A stretch of DNA of 64,000 nt, taken from Candidatus Spongiisociaceae bacterium (GTDB lineage Bacteria; Actinomycetota; Acidimicrobiia; Spongiisociales; Spongiisociaceae). This document shows, piece after piece, positions 57,777 to 64,000 of this stretch. The stretch spans positions 4,064,001 through 4,128,000 of the forward strand of contig CBDCOH010000002.1 of NCBI GenBank assembly GCA_965219685.1. Direction: 5' to 3'. The notes beneath the pieces are model-generated. The model ran no database searches. It was not told where the DNA came from and saw only the letters and a list, made by a program, of their open reading frames with translations. The position numbers and the translations under genes are program-made. Each line of letters begins with the position of its first letter. The stretch's first letter is position 1.

Positions 57777-57923
57777 GAATTGCCCGGCGATCGGTTCTCG
57801 TGACCGATCTGCACGGCTCACCTTGTGAATTCCGTCTGATGCCTCGGTCGGACTGAGGTCGCTACCGGCCACTGGTAGAGTCGCAGCGCTCGTCTGAGGA
57901 GGGTTCCGGCTATCGGAGGATCG

Positions 57924-59105
57924 TTGCCGCTCGAGGGGATACGCGTCATCGATGCGTCCACGCTGATCGCCGGGCCGTTGGCTGCCATGATCCTGGCCGA
58001 CTTCGGGGCCGACGTGATCAAGATCGAGCATCCCCGCGGGGACCCGATTCGCGATCATGGCCATGCCAGGGACGGGGTTCCGCTGTGGTGGAAGGTCGTG
58101 GGGCGCAACAAGCGGGCTGTCACCCTGAACCTGTCCAAGGAAGCCGGCCAGGAGGTCCTTCTCAAACTCGCCCGGCGCTCCGACGTGCTGATCGAGAACT
58201 TCAGACCCGGAACGTTCGAGCGATGGAACCTGAGCCCGGACCGCCTGCACTCCGTCAATCCGGGCCTGATCATCACCCGCGTCACGGGGTTCGGGCAGTT
58301 CGGGCCCTACTCATCGAGGCCCGGGTTCGGCACCCTTGCGGAGTCGATGAGCGGGTTCGCGCACATGACCGGGGAGCCCGATGGGCCTCCTACCTTGCCG
58401 CCCTTCGGGCTTGCCGACAGCATCGCCGCCCAGGCCACCGCGAACGCGATCCTCATGTGCCTCTACAACCGTGATGCGCGTGCCGGGGGAGGGCAGACCA
58501 TCGATGTGGCGATCATCGAACCGATACTCACCGTCCTCGGCTCCCAACCGACGGTATACGACCAACTGGGGATCGCCCAGAGACGGTCCGGCAACCGGTC
58601 GGTGAACAACGCTCCTCGCAACACCTACGAGACGAGCGACGGCCACTGGGTAGCGATCTCGACCAGCGCCCAGAGTGTGGCGGAACGGGTGATGCGACTG
58701 GTCGGGCGTCCTGAGTTGATCGACGAGCCGTGGTTCAAGTCGGGCCGCGAGCGCGCCAAGCATGCCGACCTGCTCGACGGGTGCGTAGGATCTTGGATCG
58801 GGGACCGCAACCTGGAGGAAGTCGTGGCTGCTTTCGAGCAGGCCGAGGCTGCCGTCGCTCCGATCTACGACGCCAAGGGGATCCTCGACGATCCGCAGTA
58901 CCAGGCTCTGGAGTCGATCGTCACCATCGACGACCCGGAATTGGGACGGGTCAGGATGCAGAACGTCATGTTCCGGCTCAGCGATACTCCCGGAGAGGTC
59001 CGTTGGGCGGGGAGAGCGCTGGGCGCGGACAATCGATCCGTTTACAGGGAGCTCGGGCTTTCGGGAACCGAGATCGACGACCTCGCCGAGGCCGGGGTGA
59101 TCTGA
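57924..59105 (+). CDS. CaiB/BaiF family III CoA transferase
   Basis: PLEGIRVID, AGP.A..ILADFGADVIKIE.P, RNKR, ENFRPG. Confidence 0.93.
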   Translation: MPLEGIRVIDASTLIAGPLAAMILADFGADVIKIEHPRGDPIRDHGHARDGVPLWWKVVGRNKRAVTLNLSKEAGQEVLLKLARRSDVLIENFRPGTFERWNLSPDRLHSVNPGLIITRVTGFGQFGPYSSRPGFGTLAESMSGFAHMTGEPDGPPTLPPFGLADSIAAQATANAILMCLYNRDARAGGGQTIDVAIIEPILTVLGSQPTVYDQLGIAQRRSGNRSVNNAPRNTYETSDGHWVAISTSAQSVAERVMRLVGRPELIDEPWFKSGRERAKHADLLDGCVGSWIGDRNLEEVVAAFEQAEAAVAPIYDAKGILDDPQYQALESIVTIDDPELGRVRMQNVMFRLSDTPGEVRWAGRALGADNRSVYRELGLSGTEIDDLAEAGVI

Positions 59106-59108
59106 GCC

Positions 59109-59909
59109 ATGGACCTTCGACATCTCGCGGGCGCTCGGGTTATCGACTTGGCCCAACCCATGGAACGCGGGATGCCGGTGTCGCCCAACCACCCCGCCTT
59201 CGAGATAGCGATGATGCGCCGGCACGGTGACGTGGTCCGGCCCGACGGCGGGTCCGCAGCCAACGACATAATCACCCTGGGTGGTCATGTCGGAACCCAC
59301 ATCGACGCGTTGGGCCATGTCTCCCAGGACGGCATGCTGCATGGAGGAGTCGAGGCGGCCGGCGTCCAGAGCAACCGAGGGCTGGCGGCGCTCGGGATCG
59401 ACACGGTGAAACCCATCGTGGGCCGGGGGATCCTGCTCGACGTGGCCGCCGCTCACGGAGTGGACTGTCTCCCGCCCGCCTACGAGATCACCGTCGAGGA
59501 CATGGAGGACGCGGAGCGGAGAGCAGGAGTAGAAGTCCGGGAAGGCGACTCGGTGCTGATCAGTACCGGTTGGGCGAAACACTGGGGCGATCCGGACATG
59601 TTCCGGGGCCAGATCGACGGCGCCCCGGGTCCCGGCGCCGCGGCCGCAAGCTGGCTGGCGGACCGGAGCGTGCGTTTGGCGGGCGGAGAGACCATCGCCT
59701 TCGAGGTGATCCGTCCCGGTGCCGGCCACGCGACCCTGCCCGTTCACCGCGTCCTGCTGGTGGAGGCCGGGATCCACATCATCGAGACCATGGATCTGAC
59801 CCGACTTGCGGCCGCCGGGTCGCCGGAGTTCGTACTCGTCGTAGCTCCGCTCAAGATCGTCGGGGGCACCGGGTCACCGATCCGCCCGATCGCGCTGGTA
59901 GATGCCTGA
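59109..59909 (+). CDS. cyclase family metal-dependent hydrolase (kynurenine formamidase-like)
   Basis: H.GTHIDA..H, GIHIIE, PLKI.GGTGSP.RP. Confidence 0.9.
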   Translation: MDLRHLAGARVIDLAQPMERGMPVSPNHPAFEIAMMRRHGDVVRPDGGSAANDIITLGGHVGTHIDALGHVSQDGMLHGGVEAAGVQSNRGLAALGIDTVKPIVGRGILLDVAAAHGVDCLPPAYEITVEDMEDAERRAGVEVREGDSVLISTGWAKHWGDPDMFRGQIDGAPGPGAAAASWLADRSVRLAGGETIAFEVIRPGAGHATLPVHRVLLVEAGIHIIETMDLTRLAAAGSPEFVLVVAPLKIVGGTGSPIRPIALVDA

Positions 59910-61308
59910 AGGCCTCGTAGTCCGCCTCGGGCATTTCGCGACGGCCCTACGGGATGCAGAAGTGACCGGCGCCGTCGCGGCCAATGTGCACGACCGTATC
60001 CTCGACGTGCTAGGTGTGGGTCTCGCCGCGCGAGGCGAGGATGCGGGGAAGGCCACGCTAGGCCTGGTGCGGAGCCAGGGCGGGATAGCGGAGTCGACGG
60101 TCTGGGGTGAGCAGGATCGGCTGCCGGCGGCTGCGGCAGCGCTCGTCAACGGCACCCATTGCCACGCCCTCGATTTCGATGACACCCACCTGCCGTCCGT
60201 GCTGCATCCATCTGCCTCCGTGGTCCCCGCGGCTCTGGCGACCGCCGAAGCAGTCGATGCGTCGGGCGCCGAGTTGATGGCCGCGGTGGCCGCGGGCACC
60301 GAGATATGCATAAGGCTGGGGATGGCCTCCTACGATCCCGACATCCGCAACTCGATCTTCTTCGAGAACGGTCTCCACGCCACCTCGATCTGCGGCGCCC
60401 TGGCGTCGGCTGCTGCTGCCGCTCTCCTCCTGGGCCTCGACGGAGACGGTGTCGCCCACGCCATGGGGATCGCCGCGAGCATGGGAGCCGGAATCATCGA
60501 GGCGAACCGCACGGGGGGCAGCGTGAAGCGCATCCACTGCGGATGGGCCGCCCATGCCGGTGTATCCGCTGGGCAGTTGGCCTATCACGGCCTGACGGGT
60601 CCTCCCACCGTCCTCGAGGGCCGCTTCGGGTTCTATCGCGCATACTCGGAGGGCCGGTTCGATGCCGAGGCGGTGGTCGGTGAACTGGGGGAACGGTGGG
60701 ATCTGCTCCGGGTCTGGTACAAGCCATACCCCACCAACCACTTCACCCACGCAGGTGTCGACGCCGCGCTGGCCATCATCGCTCAGGGCGTCGACCCGGC
60801 CGATGTCGAAACCATGGAGTTGGGCGTTCCCCAGCCCGTGCTGCGTACGATCGCCCAACCACCGGACCTGAAGGCCCGCCCGACCAGCCCCTACACCGCC
60901 CGGTTCAGCGGTCCGTTCTGCGTGGCGGCTGCCATGGTCGGGGGAGGCGGGCTGGGCGTCTACCTCGAGGACTTCACCGGCGACACGATCCAGGATCCCG
61001 AGCGGCTACGCCTGGCCGGAGCAGTGACCTGCTTTGCCGACGAGGAGGCCACCGAGGTCTTCCCTCACCAGTTTCCCGGCGTCCTGAGAGCAAGACTCAG
61101 AGACGGCTCTGTCGTTGAACATCGGGTACGGCACAACCGCGGCGGCCCGGAAAACCCTTTGTCGGCACAGGAATTGGGGCTGAAGTTCAGATTGAACGCC
61201 AACCTCTCCATGAACATGTCGTCCGTGACCACGATCCAGGAGGCGGTTGGTTCACTTGAGGACGTCCGGGCTCGAGACCTTGCGGGAACCCTCTCAGCAC
61301 CGTCCTAG
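59902..61308 (+). CDS. MmgE/PrpD family protein
   Basis: HALDFDDTH....HPS, GLHATS, KPYP..HF, ARFS, GGPENPL. Confidence 0.92.
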   Translation: MPEGLVVRLGHFATALRDAEVTGAVAANVHDRILDVLGVGLAARGEDAGKATLGLVRSQGGIAESTVWGEQDRLPAAAAALVNGTHCHALDFDDTHLPSVLHPSASVVPAALATAEAVDASGAELMAAVAAGTEICIRLGMASYDPDIRNSIFFENGLHATSICGALASAAAAALLLGLDGDGVAHAMGIAASMGAGIIEANRTGGSVKRIHCGWAAHAGVSAGQLAYHGLTGPPTVLEGRFGFYRAYSEGRFDAEAVVGELGERWDLLRVWYKPYPTNHFTHAGVDAALAIIAQGVDPADVETMELGVPQPVLRTIAQPPDLKARPTSPYTARFSGPFCVAAAMVGGGGLGVYLEDFTGDTIQDPERLRLAGAVTCFADEEATEVFPHQFPGVLRARLRDGSVVEHRVRHNRGGPENPLSAQELGLKFRLNANLSMNMSSVTTIQEAVGSLEDVRARDLAGTLSAPS

Positions 61309-61377
61309 GACGGTTTCGGTAGGTTACCCAACACACCCGGACAGGCCTGTGAAGACCCATGTCGTAGGATCATACCT

Positions 61378-61446
61378 GTCCAACCTGTAGGATGGAATCG
61401 GTCCAACCTGTAGGAGGGAATCTGTCCAACCTGTAGGATGGGATCG
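61378..61446 (+). repeat. 23-bp direct repeat x3 (gtccaacctgtaggakggratck) upstream of the AAA gene
   Basis: Three contiguous copies, with a degenerate fourth at about 61355-61377. Confidence 0.92.
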
Positions 61447-61472
61447 ATTACCTCAGGAAGCGGAGATTAGCA

Positions 61473-62744
61473 ATGGCCAGAAGGCTCACACCCAAGGGCT
61501 ATCTTCCACGGCTGGTCGACGCCCGAGTCCAGGCGGTGCTCGAAACCTCGGCAGCGCTGGTGATCGACGGTCCGAAGAGCTGCGGCAAGACATGGACAGG
61601 ACTACGTCACTCCCGCAGCGCCGTGATGTTCGATCGTGACCTCGATGCTCGCCTGTCCGCGTCCGTCAACCCGATCCGCCTACTCGAGGAGCCGTACCCC
61701 CGGCTACTGGACGAGTGGCAAACGGCTCCAGAGGTATGGAACGCGGTCCGAGGTGCCTGCGATGACGGGACAGGCCCAGGTCGCTTCATTCTCACAGGGT
61801 CGGCGGTCCCAGCGGAGGACACGACAAGACACTCCGGCGCCGGTCGCATACGACGGGTCCGGATGCGACCCATGTCGCTGCTGGAATCGGGTGAGTCGAG
61901 CGGCGAGGTCTCGGTCGGGCGGCTTCTCGACGGTGCCCGATGCGATGCGGCCAGGGCCCATCCGGACTTCCGTGGGGTTGTCGAGTCAGTATGTCGTGGC
62001 GGATGGCCCCGGCTCCTTCCGATCACCCCGAGCCAGGCCCAGGAGGAACTCCGGGCCTACCTGGACGAGATCTGCCGTACTGACATCTCCGCGGTCGACG
62101 CCACGCCTCGCGATCCGGTCGGTGTAAGCCGGCTGCTCTCGTCGCTGGCCCGGAATGTGGCCACAGAGGCATCGGTTTCCAAGCTCGCGGCCGACACGGG
62201 CGGGGACCGTCCGATCAACCGCACTACCGCGAAGGCCTACCTGCAGGCTCTTGAGAGGTTGTTCGTGGTGGAAGACCTCCCACGGTGGCCCATCCACCTT
62301 CGCTCCCGCAAGCCGCTCCGGGGTGCACCCAAGCGCCATCTGGTCGATCCCTCACTTGCAGCCGCCATGCTGAGGGCCACACCGGACCGATTGGCCGCTG
62401 AACTCAGCTACTTCGGGTTCCTCTTCGAATCACTGGTCGTACGCGACCTGCGCATCTATTGCCATGGCGCCGACTCGGTCGTGTGGCACTACCGGGACGC
62501 CGACAACATAGAAGCCGATGCCATCGTTGAGGCGGGTGACGGCCGCTGGATCGCCGTGGAGATCAAACTAGGCGGTGCCCAGCTCATCGATGCCGGCGCG
62601 GCTTCCCTCTTGAGGCTCCGCGCCAAGGCCGTGGCAGATGGTCTCCGACCACCGGCCAAGCTGCTCGTCGTTACGGCGACGGGTTACGGTTACGAACGCG
62701 CCGACGGTGTGGCGGTTGCGCCCGTAACCACCCTGGGTCCATGA
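61473..62744 (+). CDS. AAA_14 ATPase with DUF4143 (PD-(D/E)XK-like) C-terminus
   Basis: GPKSCGKT, LLDEWQ, FILTGS, HSGAGR, G.LFES.V.RDL, EADA.V, EIKLG. Confidence 0.9.
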   Translation: MARRLTPKGYLPRLVDARVQAVLETSAALVIDGPKSCGKTWTGLRHSRSAVMFDRDLDARLSASVNPIRLLEEPYPRLLDEWQTAPEVWNAVRGACDDGTGPGRFILTGSAVPAEDTTRHSGAGRIRRVRMRPMSLLESGESSGEVSVGRLLDGARCDAARAHPDFRGVVESVCRGGWPRLLPITPSQAQEELRAYLDEICRTDISAVDATPRDPVGVSRLLSSLARNVATEASVSKLAADTGGDRPINRTTAKAYLQALERLFVVEDLPRWPIHLRSRKPLRGAPKRHLVDPSLAAAMLRATPDRLAAELSYFGFLFESLVVRDLRIYCHGADSVVWHYRDADNIEADAIVEAGDGRWIAVEIKLGGAQLIDAGAASLLRLRAKAVADGLRPPAKLLVVTATGYGYERADGVAVAPVTTLGP

Positions 62745-62792
62745 CCTCCGGTCGGGATCAAGACGGCCATCGGGCAGGTGAGAAGAGCGGTC

Positions 62793-63743
62793 CTACACAG
62801 GTTCGTATATCTCCACGCATTCACGCTCGGGGCCGAGGAAGGTTGCCAGTTTGACGGGGCCCGTGCCGGGGACATCGGTTTCGACCGGGCCGGCGACGGT
62901 AGTGCCGCCCAGTCGGGTAATCATCCGGGTTGCCTGATCCAGGTCGGGAGTCGCCATCGATGCGGACAGGATCCCTCGGGCGGGAGGGACGGCCCGATCT
63001 GTAATGGAATCGGGCTCCGGAAGGGGCACGACACCGGTGTCGAGGAACTGGAACAACTCCACCCGGCCGGGCATTATGGCCACGTCGCGCACCAGGTTGG
63101 CGTCGTGGAGGGTTATTCCCTCAGGTATCTGGAGCATCCCCTCGAGGCCGGCGATGGTCCGCTCCCACAGGACCTCGAATCCGAGACCTTCGTAGAACAG
63201 CCGGGTCCGTGCCAGGTCGTGAACACACATGGCGATGGTCTGGAGGGCGCTGATCGGGCCCACGAGCTCTCCGCCGCGCAGTTCCGCCCCTCGCTCGTAG
63301 CTGTAGATGTCGAGATGGACGCCGTCGGGGTCGGTGCCGATCGAGTCCCACACCTCTACCTCGTCGGTGATCGACCAGTTCATCGCCTCCCCGGTGCCGG
63401 TGACGCCTGCGTCCATCATCCTGGGGAGCAGTTCCCTGATGTCGGGCACCCGGTAGTTGAGCGCCCAGAATCCGTTCCCGGAGAGTTGGTCGGCCTTGGT
63501 CCGGATCAGGCCTCCGGGTGCATCGAACTCCACCAGCCGCAACATCCCGGTGCGTTCCGAGCCGGCGGCCAGCAGGGCCATCTCCCCTCCCATGCCTGGA
63601 GGGATGCGCCACGGTGCCGAGAGTTCCGCCGATAGCCGGCCCCGGCCCACGACTTCCAGTCCCAGAACACCTGAATACAGGTGAAGAGCGTCTTCGAGGG
63701 ACGCGACCGACAGAGTCGCGATTCGAACTTCGGAAACGAGCAT
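62793..63743 (-). CDS. two-domain VOC protein
   Basis: TLSVASLE.A..LY..VLGL, PW, DPDG, V.DL.R...FY..LGF. Confidence 0.82.
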   Translation of the reverse strand: MLVSEVRIATLSVASLEDALHLYSGVLGLEVVGRGRLSAELSAPWRIPPGMGGEMALLAAGSERTGMLRLVEFDAPGGLIRTKADQLSGNGFWALNYRVPDIRELLPRMMDAGVTGTGEAMNWSITDEVEVWDSIGTDPDGVHLDIYSYERGAELRGGELVGPISALQTIAMCVHDLARTRLFYEGLGFEVLWERTIAGLEGMLQIPEGITLHDANLVRDVAIMPGRVELFQFLDTGVVPLPEPDSITDRAVPPARGILSASMATPDLDQATRMITRLGGTTVAGPVETDVPGTGPVKLATFLGPERECVEIYEPV

Positions 63744-63821
63744 GGTACCCACTCCAGACCGTCGATTCCGGGAATCCTAAGGGATCGACCTCCGCTCGGT
63801 GGTGGCTACCCTGCCAACACC

Positions 63822-64000
63822 ATGCCCGAATCCGCACACGTCGAAGATCTGTTGGTGGCCACCGCAACCGTCCCCATGGGCGAACTCGAGTCGACCACCG
63901 CCATCTACACGTCCGAATTCGACTGGGTGCCGCACTGGTCGGGAGAGGCGGGCATGCTCGGCGAGGCTTGGGGAATCGGCTCGGATCGCCGGATCGCCTA
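63822..64000 (+). CDS. probable VOC-like protein, N-terminal part (runs off window end)
   Basis: Manual translation MPESAHVEDLLVATATVP...AIYTSEFDW...AWG resembles the N-terminus of 42316..43260. Confidence 0.55.
   Translation, partial: MPESAHVEDLLVATATVPMGELESTTAIYTSEFDWVPHWSGEAGMLGEAWGIGSDRRIA

Noticed and set aside
61378-61446. Possible CRISPR array
   Set aside because: The repeats are contiguous with no unique spacers, and there are no cas genes.

Overview
High-GC actinobacterial DNA. The lineage is inferred from a GAAC-N4-GTTC LexA box, an MhuD-like gene, a DUF222-HNH gene and Thr/Ala-rich lipoprotein linkers, and is plausibly Acidimicrobiia. The first 9 kb hold a Shango-type anti-phage locus (TerB-domain protein, DUF2791 ATPase, Lhr-like helicase) with the TerB gene duplicated. 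The remaining ~55 kb are a catabolic region with no recognisable dedicated regulator, built from expanded paralog families: 6 MmgE/PrpD, 7 two-domain VOC, 4 alpha/beta-hydrolase genes all carrying His at the nucleophile elbow, 3 LLM oxidoreductases, 2 tandem aldehyde:ferredoxin oxidoreductase homologs with altered active-site motifs, amidohydrolases, an ICL/PEP-mutase lyase and a scattered Opp-type ABC transporter. Four toxin-antitoxin modules, an HNH gene and an AAA gene are interspersed. Non-coding features include two diverged copies of an unannotated ~253-nt element with short terminal inverted repeats, and polarised 7-nt tandem arrays at gene junctions. I found no rRNA, tRNA or CRISPR array. 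All family calls come from motif recognition by eye, not database searches, and several start codons were reassigned manually.
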